From: Phycisphaerae bacterium
GTDB lineage: Bacteria > Planctomycetota > Phycisphaerae > UBA1845
NCBI GenBank assembly: GCA_963666835.2
Contig: CAXXGO010000001.1
Coordinates: forward strand, 608,001 to 672,000
Reading direction: 5' to 3'
DNA length: 64,000 nt
How positions within the stretch are numbered: position 1 is the first letter of the stretch; each line of letters starts with the position of its first letter. Made by a program: the position numbers and the translations under genes. The notes beneath the pieces are model-generated. The model saw only the letters and a list, made by a program, of their open reading frames with translations, made no database searches and had not been told where the DNA came from. Positions 47,410 to 57,817 of this stretch are shown here, piece after piece.

Positions 47410-48564
47410 CTATGCCCGCTCGGCCAGGAAGGCCTGCAGCCGGTCCATACCTTCGTCGATGTTCTCCAGCGAGTTGGCGTACGAGATGCGGATGTAGCCT
47501 TGTCCGCCGGGGCCGAAGTCCACTCCGGGAGTCACGGCCACCCCCGCTTCTTCGAGGATCTGGAAGGCGAATTCGTAGACGTCGGTAGTGAAGCGCCGCA
47601 CGTTGACGAACACATAGAACGCCCCGAGCGGCTCGGTGAGCACTTCCAGGCCCATTCCCTTCAAACGCCGCAAGACCAACCGGCGCCGTTCGTCGTAACA
47701 GCAGCGCATCCGTTCGACGTCCGCGTCTGCCTTCTGCAAGGCGGCAATGGCCGCAAACTGCGGGAAGTCCGGCGGAGAGATGAACAGATTCTGCTGGAGC
47801 TTCTGCACCGGGCGCACCAACCACTCCGGAAGGACGGCGTAACCGAGTCGCCAGCCCGTCATTGCGAACAGTTTAGAGAACCCGTTGATCACCACGGCAT
47901 CAGAGGAGTACTCGAGGACCGAATGAGCCCGTTCGCCATAGACCAGGCCATGGTAGATCTCGTCCGATACGATCGTGATCCGTTGCTCGGCCAGTTCAAC
48001 CAGTTGCTTAATACGCTGCGGCTCAGTGAGGGTTCCCGTTGGGTTGGCCGGCGAATTTAACATCAAGGCTCGGGTCTTCGGCCCGATGCGGTTGCGGACG
48101 GTCTCAGGGTCGAACTGAAAGCCGTCCTCTTCGCGCACCGGGATCCGAGCGGGGATCCCGCCGAACGCGGAGATGAAATTCGGATAGCAGGCGTAGTGCG
48201 GATCGGTAAGAAGGACCTCCGTGCCCGGATCCAGCAGAGCGGCAAACACCAGTAATATCGCGGCGGAGCTGCCGGTTGCGACCACGATCTGTTCGGGCGA
48301 GACCTCGACCTCGTATTGCCGGGCGTACCAGCCCGAGATCGCCTGACGAAGCTCCGGGTGTCCGAGGGAATGGGTGTAATGAGTCCGACCCGCGCTTAAG
48401 GCTTCGACGGCGGCCTCGCGGGCGACGACCGGCGTGTCGAAGTCGGGCTCACCCACTTCAAGATGGATGATCGACCGACCGGCGCGCTGCAGAGCCGCGG
48501 CTCGTTCCAGCACTTCCATCACCAGAAACGGCGGCATCTGTTCCGCACGTTGACTTATACCCAT
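47410..48564 (-). CDS. PLP-dependent aminotransferase class I/II
   Basis: GEPDF, NSPANPTG, SDEIY, FSKLFAMTGWRLG, RISYA. Confidence 0.95.
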   Translation of the reverse strand: MGISQRAEQMPPFLVMEVLERAAALQRAGRSIIHLEVGEPDFDTPVVAREAAVEALSAGRTHYTHSLGHPELRQAISGWYARQYEVEVSPEQIVVATGSSAAILLVFAALLDPGTEVLLTDPHYACYPNFISAFGGIPARIPVREEDGFQFDPETVRNRIGPKTRALMLNSPANPTGTLTEPQRIKQLVELAEQRITIVSDEIYHGLVYGERAHSVLEYSSDAVVINGFSKLFAMTGWRLGYAVLPEWLVRPVQKLQQNLFISPPDFPQFAAIAALQKADADVERMRCCYDERRRLVLRRLKGMGLEVLTEPLGAFYVFVNVRRFTTDVYEFAFQILEEAGVAVTPGVDFGPGGQGYIRISYANSLENIDEGMDRLQAFLAERA

Positions 48565-48819
48565 GATGTCAAACTTCCTGACGGTCCGTCGAAAAAGCGT
48601 GCAGGCACGTCGCGCCGGGCGTTTCTCGATTCCGTGGGTGGGAATCGGCTCGGTGCCGGTCCCCGTCTTCCCCGCACTGCTCAAGAGCAGTAGCACACCA
48701 GAAGACCCAGGTGGCACGCGGCACCGGGTGCGGTTCCCAACTGACGCCATGGACAATTCAGCCAGGAATAATCGGGGAAGTCAAGGGCGGCACGTTCCGG
48801 AGCGGGCGGCGTCCGGGCC

Positions 48820-50706
48820 TCACCCGGTCTTTGTGCGGCGGCGGGTGAGCCGTCCTCTCGCCATCGACAGCCCTGCAAATGCCGCTACCGTGCCGAAAGC
48901 ACCGACCCCGAAGCGGGTACCGCGGTTCAGCGGCCCGGCCACCACGGCGCATTCCACGAGTTCGACCCGCAGGCCGTCGATCGCGGCGGCCCGCTTCGCG
49001 GCGAGTCCCGCAAGCTGGTCTTGAGTGCGGGCAAGGTCCGACTGAGTGAGCTCGATGCGCCCCTTCACCAGTTCCGCCGGCAGAGAGGCTCGGAGATACT
49101 CTTCAGTCAGATCAGCGCTGAGGTTCAATCGGTCCTGCAGGTCCACAAGACCACCGACAGCTTCATCGGCTACAATTCGCAACCGACCGACGTTGTCCTC
49201 GGCCCGCGCAAGGTCCTCTCGGTGTTGAGCGCGAGCTTGTTCGGCAGCCGCTTCCTGCAGCCGCTCGTCAATCAGCCGGATGCGCTGCTGCGTGCGCCGG
49301 CGTAAGCCGCGTGCGCTTCTCATGGCCGTGTCCAGTTGGAAGTTATCCCGCGTGTCGATCCCCCCGGCGGCAAACTCAAACCGGTGATGGGCCGATTGGA
49401 CGATGCGGAATCCCCGAGCTACCTGGGACCGGAAGACGTGGTGCTGGGCCGAATCGTCGGAGCCGTCCTCGATGGCCTGCACCGCCTGCCGCATGGCCGT
49501 GAGGTGCTTCCCGGCTTCGTAGAGGAAATCGTTCAAGTCGTTGCGTGCCCGCTGCTGCAGATCGATGAGCTCGCCGGACGTTGGGTCGATCGCCATGCCT
49601 TTGAGCGATTCCCGCTCGTGCTCCCATTTCTCCGCGAAGGCGAGAAGGGCCTGATAGAACAGCCCGGCGGAGTCGTACATCGCAGATACACTCCGGCCGC
49701 CAGGTCCGTCGGAGTTCCTGTCCGGCGGTGACTCTTCGGACAGCGACCGCGCCGCGGTCAGGAGTTGATTCAAAGGCGGGGTCGACCTGTCCCAAACGTT
49801 CAGGAGGTGGTGTTTGAGTTCGCTGAGGTTGACCTCGAGTTCGCGGAGGTCTTGCTGCAGGGCAAGGTCCGCCTCGAGAGCTTTGTGCCGGGATTCGGTG
49901 GGGACGACCCCATGCGTGGGCTCCGGTTCCGTGCGGAGCCGGTCCAGCTCGGCGTAAGCGCCGCCGAGATCTCGCCGGACAGTGGCGAACCGCTCCCGCC
50001 GCTCCCGCCACGTGTTCATGAGCTCCTGACGTTGCGTTATTGGATCATTGGTTTGCAAGTCCGGAAGAGAGTTCTCCAGCTCCGCCTGGGCACTATCCAA
50101 ACGAGCTTCGAGGTCCGAGGCAAAGCCGGACAGCAGTCGCTCGCTTTCCGACGGGGTCGCTCGCGACTCGGACAGCTCGGCGGCGTGTTTGGCCAAGTAC
50201 TCATTGGCCAGCGTGCGAACGCGTTCAAGACCGCTAATCCGGCTGTTCGACTCAAGGCAGAGGCGGGCCAAGCCGTTGGCGGGGCAGTCTACGAACCAGT
50301 CTCGGCTAGGCCGGTCCACTGGCTTTGCTTCCTCCGTTTGATTCCAACAGAAGAGCAGCAGTTGATCGCGCACAGCGTTGAACGAGGCCTCGTGGTCCTT
50401 GCCCGCGTAGCGGAACGTCGCGCCGCAAATGTACTGAAGGGGCACGGCCGTGCTTACTGCTGCTCCGATCCCGACGGAGGCAATTGCGATTGCGATTCGC
50501 CCCGTCCGCCGAGGCCCGTTCCGGTACGAAGTTGCCGGGTCGTTCGAAAACCGCCGGGATGCCGCCGATAGGGCTTCCAGGTCTGACGGTGAGCGGGGGA
50601 CGCCGTATGGCCGGTCCGCACGACGGCTCGGGCGCGGTGACGGTGGAACGACAGGGTCGGTAGATTTCGAGTCAGACGGCACCGGTGGAGCCTCGCAAGA
50701 TTTCAT
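48820..50706 (-). CDS. Membrane-anchored coiled-coil protein (chain-length-determinant-like topology)
   Basis: TM segments near both termini around a long heptad-rich region. Confidence 0.65.
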   Translation of the reverse strand: MKSCEAPPVPSDSKSTDPVVPPSPRPSRRADRPYGVPRSPSDLEALSAASRRFSNDPATSYRNGPRRTGRIAIAIASVGIGAAVSTAVPLQYICGATFRYAGKDHEASFNAVRDQLLLFCWNQTEEAKPVDRPSRDWFVDCPANGLARLCLESNSRISGLERVRTLANEYLAKHAAELSESRATPSESERLLSGFASDLEARLDSAQAELENSLPDLQTNDPITQRQELMNTWRERRERFATVRRDLGGAYAELDRLRTEPEPTHGVVPTESRHKALEADLALQQDLRELEVNLSELKHHLLNVWDRSTPPLNQLLTAARSLSEESPPDRNSDGPGGRSVSAMYDSAGLFYQALLAFAEKWEHERESLKGMAIDPTSGELIDLQQRARNDLNDFLYEAGKHLTAMRQAVQAIEDGSDDSAQHHVFRSQVARGFRIVQSAHHRFEFAAGGIDTRDNFQLDTAMRSARGLRRRTQQRIRLIDERLQEAAAEQARAQHREDLARAEDNVGRLRIVADEAVGGLVDLQDRLNLSADLTEEYLRASLPAELVKGRIELTQSDLARTQDQLAGLAAKRAAAIDGLRVELVECAVVAGPLNRGTRFGVGAFGTVAAFAGLSMARGRLTRRRTKTG

Positions 50707-51625
50707 CGATCCGGCGTTGGTCTTCCTCCGTGATTGACCACCCTAGACTTCCGACGCTGTCCGCCACGTGCGATGGTCGCTTGACCCCCACGATTGGAGC
50801 GGTTACCCCCGGATAATTCACCGTCCAGTTGAGAACGAGCTGGCCGACGGTCCGTTCGTACGATTGCGCTAGCTCCGTCAGCGCGCGGACAATGGCGAGG
50901 TTCTGTTCGAACCGAGCCCCGACAAACGCGGGATCGGACGCCCTGGCGCCGGTGATTGGGGTGTCGCGATCGAACTTCCCCGTCAAGAGCCCCTTGCCCA
51001 ACGGACTATACGGCAGCACGCTGATTCTATGCTCAACGCAATAAGGGATCAGATCGTCCGCAGCCCGCGGTTCAATCATCGAGAACTGAGGTTGCAGGCT
51101 GGAGATCGGTCCGACCGCCCTAGCCGCCTCGATTCGCTCTATCCCAAAGTTCGACAGGCCGATCGCTCGGATCTTCCCTTGCTCTTGCAGGAGCAGCAGA
51201 GCCTCCATGGTCCGTTCTATCGGCGTCTGGGGGTCGGGCCAGTGACACTGGTAGAGGTCGATGAAGTCGGTCTGAAGGCGGCGCAGGCTGGCCTCGCACT
51301 CGGCCATTATCCCCTCTGGGGTTAAGCTCCGGCTTGGGGGACGCCCCTTGTGCTCGCCAGGGACCAGCCCGCACTTCGTGGCCACGACAGCCTCGTGCCG
51401 CCTCCCCTGTAGGGCCTTTCCCAGAATCTCTTCGGCATGCCCGAGCCCATAGATCGGGGCGGTGTCGATGAGATTCACGCCGGAATCGAGCCCCAGGTGG
51501 ATTGCCGCGATTGACTCGCGATCATCGACGTGACCCCACGCGGCAACATCTGCACCCATTGCCCAGGTACCAAGGGCGATGACCGAGACTTCGATACCGC
51601 TCTCGCCAAGGGGACGTCTTTTCAC
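50672..51625 (-). CDS. Aldo/keto reductase
   Basis: LGTWAMG, IDTAPIYG, ATKCG, DLYQCHWPD, IGLSN, YSPLGKGLLTG. Confidence 0.95.
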   Translation of the reverse strand: MKRRPLGESGIEVSVIALGTWAMGADVAAWGHVDDRESIAAIHLGLDSGVNLIDTAPIYGLGHAEEILGKALQGRRHEAVVATKCGLVPGEHKGRPPSRSLTPEGIMAECEASLRRLQTDFIDLYQCHWPDPQTPIERTMEALLLLQEQGKIRAIGLSNFGIERIEAARAVGPISSLQPQFSMIEPRAADDLIPYCVEHRISVLPYSPLGKGLLTGKFDRDTPITGARASDPAFVGARFEQNLAIVRALTELAQSYERTVGQLVLNWTVNYPGVTAPIVGVKRPSHVADSVGSLGWSITEEDQRRIDEILRGSTGAV

Positions 51626-51938
51626 GGTCGAGCGATTCTCTTGGAAGGAGGGTCCCGGACGTTCTGCTCCGTCGAGCATTAGAATCCCGTAGGTTAATTG
51701 CGAACGTTGTTTTTGGCAAGTGGCAGGCCGGGCTGATCTCCCACATGCGCCACCGTTCGCCGCATTATCCTTTCAGTGGCACTGGCTATTTGAGTTGTGG
51801 CGGCGACCGTTACCGCTTCGCCACTCTCGATATTATCGAGGGGGTGTAGGGGTATAGATAAAGGGGGCTTCGAGGGTGCCTCGGAGACTTCTGGCCAGCC
51901 CGATCTCGAGGTTCGCGGATTACATTGTGTTTTGGCGT

Positions 51939-51966
51939 TTGACAAGTCGACGTGGACCCTTATACT
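51939..51966 (+). promoter_or_regulatory. Sigma70 promoter of the tRNA-Thr-tuf cluster
   Basis: TTGACA, 16 bp, TATACT. Confidence 0.7.
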
Positions 51967-52147
51967 CACCTGGCTCTGGCTACGGGTGCATCGGGGCTCG
52001 CCGCCGTAAGTGGCGGTGCGCCTTGGACTTCCGTTGTTGAGGCTGATTCTGAGCAGCGCCAACGGGCGTTTGTTCGGAGCGCTGGCGGCTTGGCGCGGCG
52101 CCTACGGTATTGTTCGATCGTTCGCCTGGCGACGGTTGATCCGCGTT

Positions 52148-52220
52148 GCTGCTGTAGCTCAGTTGGTAGAGTGCGTCCTTGGTAAGGACGAGGTCACGGG
52201 TTCGAGTCCCGTCAGCAGCT
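52148..52220 (+). tRNA. tRNA-Thr(GGT)
   Basis: GCTGCTG/CAGCAGC acceptor stem, CGTCC-TTGGTAA-GGACG anticodon arm, GGTTCGAGTCC T arm; CCA not encoded. Confidence 0.97.
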
Positions 52221-52417
52221 TTTTTGCAGAGCCTGTGGTGGTCTGGTGTCATGGTCGCCCGGGGGCGTGTTTCACGTCGAAGGCGCTGCTTTGCGATAGA
52301 TTGTCGGTGGAAGAAACAATATCGCTCATTGTTGGCCGGGCTGGTGGGTCCGACTGGCGGTGGGATGGAAACAATGCTCGCTGAACACGGCGACTAGCGG
52401 GTGGAGGTAATTGTCGG

Positions 52418-53620
<1,203 letters not shown>

Positions 53621-53666
53621 GCTGGGCAGGAAGTCCTGCTCAAGCGTCAGGCGGAAGTGATCTGAG

Positions 53667-53834
53667 ATGGCTAAGGCAGCAAAACGCGAGTACGTGTGGC
53701 TTCAGTGTACTGAGTGCAAGGGGCTGAATTATCGTACGAGCGTAAACGTCATGGGTGGTACGCCAAAGCTCGAGTTGTCGAAGTTCTGTAAACGCGAGCG
53801 AAAACACACGGCGCACAAGATTAAGAGGAAGTAG
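53667..53834 (+). CDS. rpmG: 50S ribosomal protein L33
   Basis: Below the ORF-track cutoff; MAKAAKREYVWLQCTEC..NYRT...LELSKFCKRERKHTAHK. Confidence 0.95.
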   Translation: MAKAAKREYVWLQCTECKGLNYRTSVNVMGGTPKLELSKFCKRERKHTAHKIKRK

Positions 53835-53866
53835 GGTTTGCGCGTCAGGGGCTGCGAAGATCTGCT

Positions 53867-53939
53867 AGGAGCGTAGCTCAATTGGCAGAGCACCGGTTTC
53901 CAAAACCGGCGGTTGGGGGTTCGAGTCCCTCCGCTCCTG
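53867..53939 (+). tRNA. tRNA-Trp(CCA)
   Basis: AGGAGCG/CGCTCCT acceptor stem, CCGGT-TTCCAAA-ACCGG anticodon arm. Confidence 0.97.
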
Positions 53940-54011
53940 TCTGGCGAGCCCCAAGGCGAACGAGGCGAGTGGGAGCCGTGTAATTGGTTTTCATCGCGTT
54001 GAGGCGGGAAT

Positions 54012-54512
54012 ATGACCGGAACTGATTCGACTTCTGGGACGCCTGATGAAGGTCAGGTGCAGGTCGGCATACGGACGCGTCCGGTGGCGCGCGAAGGCGG
54101 CTCAGGCCTTCTCAAGCAGTACAAGCCGGAGCAAGGCAAGACGACCCGCGTAGGCACCTTCGTTGGAGTAGGTGCGATGATTGCGTGGGGTGCGTACTTC
54201 CTCTACGACCAGTTGGCGGTCTACGAGGGCGACGATGCCTGGCGTCTGCTGATTACTAATGGAATCCCTCTGCTCTTTGCCGTTGCGATCGGGGCCGTGG
54301 CGTGGTGGTTCATCTTCGGGCATCGCGGCATAGGTGATTTCATGATCGCAACTGAAGGCGAGATGAAGAAGGTGAGTTGGTCCACCAAGAGCGAGGTGAT
54401 CGGTTCGACCAAAGTGGTCATCATGTTCACGGTCATGCTGGCGCTGCTGTTGTTTGTGGTAGATACGGTATTCAAGGTGGTCTTCACTTCTATCGGCGTG
54501 CTGAAACAATGA
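54012..54512 (+). CDS. secE: Preprotein translocase subunit SecE
   Basis: YKPEQG, DFMIATEGEMKKVSW, three TM segments, expected gene order. Confidence 0.93.
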   Translation: MTGTDSTSGTPDEGQVQVGIRTRPVAREGGSGLLKQYKPEQGKTTRVGTFVGVGAMIAWGAYFLYDQLAVYEGDDAWRLLITNGIPLLFAVAIGAVAWWFIFGHRGIGDFMIATEGEMKKVSWSTKSEVIGSTKVVIMFTVMLALLLFVVDTVFKVVFTSIGVLKQ

Positions 54513-55120
54513 CTGATGCGGAGTCGACACCGTCTGGGGTGCCTGCAGCACCGGCCACTACGACTGTTGGGATGAAGTGGTATGTTCTTCGCGTGGCCTC
54601 CAACAAGGAGGAGCAGGTGCGCGAGGCCCTGACGCGTAAGGTCGCGATAGAAGCTCTGGAGGATCGGGTCGGCCGAGTTCTAGTCCCGACGGTTAAGGAG
54701 AAGCGCGTCAAGGGTGGCGTGGTTCGTTTAGTGGATCGGAAGCTCTACCCCGGTTATGTCTTCGTGGAGATGGCATGCGAAGAGGACGGGGCAATAGCCG
54801 AGAACGTCTGGTTCATCGTGAAGGAGACCACCGGGGTCGGCGATTTCATCGGTTCGGACGGCAAGCCGACGAGCATGCCGGAGCACGAAGTGGTGCAGAT
54901 GTTGACCGTGTGCGAGAAGGCGGACGAGGAACCGACTCTCTCGGGGTTAAACATTCACCAGGGTGATCAGGTCAAGATCACCGATGGGGCCTTTGAGAGC
55001 TACGAGGGTGAAGTTGAAGCGGTGGATGAGCGCCGCGGAATGGTCTCGGTGATCGTGGCTATTTTCGGGCGGTCGACCCCGGTTGAGGTCGGCTACTGGC
55101 AGTTGGAGAAGGTGGAATAG
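54509..55120 (+). CDS. nusG: Transcription factor NusG
   Basis: WYVLRV, YPGYVFVEM, KOW motif, IFGRSTPVE. Confidence 0.97.
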   Translation: MTDAESTPSGVPAAPATTTVGMKWYVLRVASNKEEQVREALTRKVAIEALEDRVGRVLVPTVKEKRVKGGVVRLVDRKLYPGYVFVEMACEEDGAIAENVWFIVKETTGVGDFIGSDGKPTSMPEHEVVQMLTVCEKADEEPTLSGLNIHQGDQVKITDGAFESYEGEVEAVDERRGMVSVIVAIFGRSTPVEVGYWQLEKVE

Positions 55121-55180
55121 TCCCGCCCGAACCCGGCCGGACTGCAGATACCGGCGCTAACAGACGAGGACGGTTGATAA

Positions 55181-55609
55181 GTGGCAAAGAAGGAACTCAC
55201 GGCGACGATCAAGCTTCAGGCACCGGGTGGGCAGGCGACGCCGGCTCCGCCGATCGGTCCGGCTTTGGGGCAGCACGGGGTGAACATCGGACAGTTCATT
55301 CAGCAGTTCAACGCCGCAACGGCGGCTATGAACGGAATGACGGTTTCGGTGGTAATCAGTGTTTTCTCCGATCGGTCTTTCGAATACGAGGTTAAGAGTC
55401 CGCCGGCGGCGGTGTTGCTCAAGGACGCGGCGAAGATTGCCAAGGGAAGTGGCGTTCCGAACAAGGATAAGGTCGGTACGGTGACGCGGGAACAGCTTAG
55501 GGCGATTGCGGAGCGCAAGTTGCCTGACCTGAACGCTTTCACCGTTGAGGCCGCGGAGAAGATCGTGGCCGGTACCGCCCGGTCGATGGGTGTTGATATT
55601 GCAGATTGA
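55181..55609 (+). CDS. rplK: 50S ribosomal protein L11
   Basis: [22 protein letters not shown]. Confidence 0.98.
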   Translation: MAKKELTATIKLQAPGGQATPAPPIGPALGQHGVNIGQFIQQFNAATAAMNGMTVSVVISVFSDRSFEYEVKSPPAAVLLKDAAKIAKGSGVPNKDKVGTVTREQLRAIAERKLPDLNAFTVEAAEKIVAGTARSMGVDIAD

Positions 55610-55644
55610 GGGCATTGGCCCGACCGATCTCTGGAGGAGCCGTA

Positions 55645-56373
55645 ATGGCTTACCGTAGTGTTGCATACAGGAAGCAGGTCGAGACCGGGGGGGACTTACG
55701 TACGCCGGTGGCGCTTGCAGACGGCATCAAGAAGGTCAAAGAGATGGCAGCGGTCAAGGCGGACCGCACCTATAAGAACGGCAAGAAGCGCAAGGCTGTC
55801 GACCAGACCGTTGAACTCGTCGTGCATCTTGGGATTGATCCGAAGCACGCTGATCAGATGATTCGCGGGGCGATTTCGCTGCCCAAGGGAATCGGCAAGT
55901 CGCGCACGATCGTCGCGTTCGTCGAAGGTGATCTTGTTGACGCCGCTAAAGAGGCCGGCGCAGTGGAAGCGGGCGGCGACGAGCTGGTCAAGAAGATCCA
56001 AGACGGCTGGATGGACTTCGACGTTGCAATCGCCCACCCCTCGATGATGGGGAAGGTTGGTAGGCTGGGGCGCGTGCTCGGGCCGCAGGGCAAGATGCCG
56101 AGCCCGAAGGCGGGAACGGTCACGCCGGACGTGGCCGGCGCCGTGAAGGAGTTCTCGGCCGGTCGGCTGGAGTTTCGCAACGACGACGGTGGGAACATCC
56201 ATCTGCCCGTGGGCCGCGTCAGCTTCTCTGTAGAGGATCTGGCGGAGAATGTCTCGGCGGTGGTCAAGCATATGATCAAGATGAAGCCGGCCGCCGCCAA
56301 AGGGCAGTACATTAAGCGCGTGTGCCTGTCGGCCACGCGGACCCCGTCGGTCACGGTGGAGGTTGCGGCGTAG
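55645..56373 (+). CDS. rplA: 50S ribosomal protein L1
   Basis: GGAGG RBS; LGRVLGPQGKMPSPKAGTV. Confidence 0.98.
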   Translation: MAYRSVAYRKQVETGGDLRTPVALADGIKKVKEMAAVKADRTYKNGKKRKAVDQTVELVVHLGIDPKHADQMIRGAISLPKGIGKSRTIVAFVEGDLVDAAKEAGAVEAGGDELVKKIQDGWMDFDVAIAHPSMMGKVGRLGRVLGPQGKMPSPKAGTVTPDVAGAVKEFSAGRLEFRNDDGGNIHLPVGRVSFSVEDLAENVSAVVKHMIKMKPAAAKGQYIKRVCLSATRTPSVTVEVAA

Positions 56374-56441
56374 AGCTGTGTCGATGGTCGTCGTCGCATT
56401 GTTGAGTTGATTTACGAAGCCAGTAACACCCGGATGGTTCG

Positions 56442-56954
56442 ATGAGCAAGCCCGTAAAAGAGATGGTTGCGGCCGAGTTGCGCGAGAAATACTCGGATGT
56501 GATTGATGTCTGCGTCGTCAGTATGGCGGGCCTGGACATCGTTGCCCAAGAGAAAATCCGCGGGATGCTCCGCGAGAAGTCCTCGAGGGTCGAGGTGGTG
56601 AGGAACAGCCTTGCGCGGCGGGCGTTCGCCGGAACGGCGCTGGAGCCTGTTGCCGCCGCGATGGAGGGCCCGTGTGCCTTGGTCACCGGCGGTAGCTCGG
56701 CCATCGAGATGGCCAAGACGCTCGTCGAGGCCGCCAAGGAGTACGATCAGTTCGAACTCAAGCATGCGATGCTCGAGGGGGAATCGGACCTGTTCACCGT
56801 CCATGAGGCTTCCAAATTGGCCGGAAAGGGCGAGTTGCTGGGCGAAGTGGCCATGCTGGTCGCGTCGCCGGCGCGGGCGATTGCGGGTTGTCTCAGCTCC
56901 CCGCAGTCGAAGGTCGCGGGATGCCTCAAGGCGATTATCGAGAAGGCGGCGTGA
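56442..56954 (+). CDS. rplJ: 50S ribosomal protein L10
   Basis: VVRNSLARRA, expected gene order. Confidence 0.93.
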   Translation: MSKPVKEMVAAELREKYSDVIDVCVVSMAGLDIVAQEKIRGMLREKSSRVEVVRNSLARRAFAGTALEPVAAAMEGPCALVTGGSSAIEMAKTLVEAAKEYDQFELKHAMLEGESDLFTVHEASKLAGKGELLGEVAMLVASPARAIAGCLSSPQSKVAGCLKAIIEKAA

Positions 56955-57122
56955 TTGTCCGCCGGGGCGGTCCCGGCGTTGGTTGGGGGCGTTACGCTTC
57001 TTAGACAGATTTACACACTGTTTCATGCCGACTGGTTCGCTTCGGCGAATGAAATGGCTCGCATCGGAGTGGGTCGCCTATCGGTGTGGCGGGATTTTGA
57101 ATAAGCGAAGGAGTTGGATCCG

Positions 57123-57524
57123 ATGGCAGAAGCACCGGCCGTGGAGTTTAGTGCGGAAATTACTGATCTTGCTGAAAAACTAGTCAACCTTTCCGTAAAG
57201 GATGCCCAGTCGCTCGTGGACTGTCTCAAGCAGGTTCACGGGATCGAGCCTGCGGGCGGTGGTGTGGTAATGGCGGCCAGTGGTGGCGGCGATGCTGCGG
57301 CGGCGGAAGAGAAGACGTCGTTCGACGTGATTCTGGCCGGATTCGGCGATAAGAAGATCCAGGTGATTAAGGTCGTCCGGGCGATCACGGGCTTGGGTCT
57401 CAAGGAAGCGAAGGAACTGGTCGAGTCTTGTCCGAAGGCGTTGAAGGAAGGCCTGACGCAAGAAGAGGCGGACAAGATCAAGAGTGACATTGAGGAAGTG
57501 GGTGGCGCCGTTACTATCCAGTAG
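57123..57524 (+). CDS. rplL: 50S ribosomal protein L7/L12
   Basis: [26 protein letters not shown]. Confidence 0.98.
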   Translation: MAEAPAVEFSAEITDLAEKLVNLSVKDAQSLVDCLKQVHGIEPAGGGVVMAASGGGDAAAAEEKTSFDVILAGFGDKKIQVIKVVRAITGLGLKEAKELVESCPKALKEGLTQEEADKIKSDIEEVGGAVTIQ

Positions 57525-57601
57525 GCGCTGAGTCTTCAGCTAGCGCGGGCGCTGGTCGGCGGGATGGTGCATTGGGCGCCGACCTGCGCCGTTCAATCAT
57601 G

Positions 57602-57632
57602 AGGCTCTGGTCGGGTGAACCGGCCAGAGCCT
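57602..57632 (+). terminator. Strong hairpin in the rplL-rpoB spacer (attenuator/terminator-like, no U-tract)
   Basis: AGGCTCTGGTCGG-GTGAA-CCGGCCAGAGCCT. Confidence 0.45.
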
Positions 57633-57817
57633 GAGCAGTGCATGTCCGCCGTGGAGCGGGATCGACCGGTTCGATGGGACGGCCGGCCTACCGGATGCTC
57701 CGCCGGCCGATTATATGTCCCCTGATGTATCCATAAACAAGCCGTCTATCGCGTGCGGCGGCGCCGTTAGCCGCCGGGCGCTGGTGTAGGTGTTGCAGGA
57801 TAAGAGGGTTTTGGCCG

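Noticed and set aside
53667..53834. L33 with only three zinc-motif cysteines (CTEC...CKRE)
   Set aside because: Partial loss of the motif is common in L33; not notable
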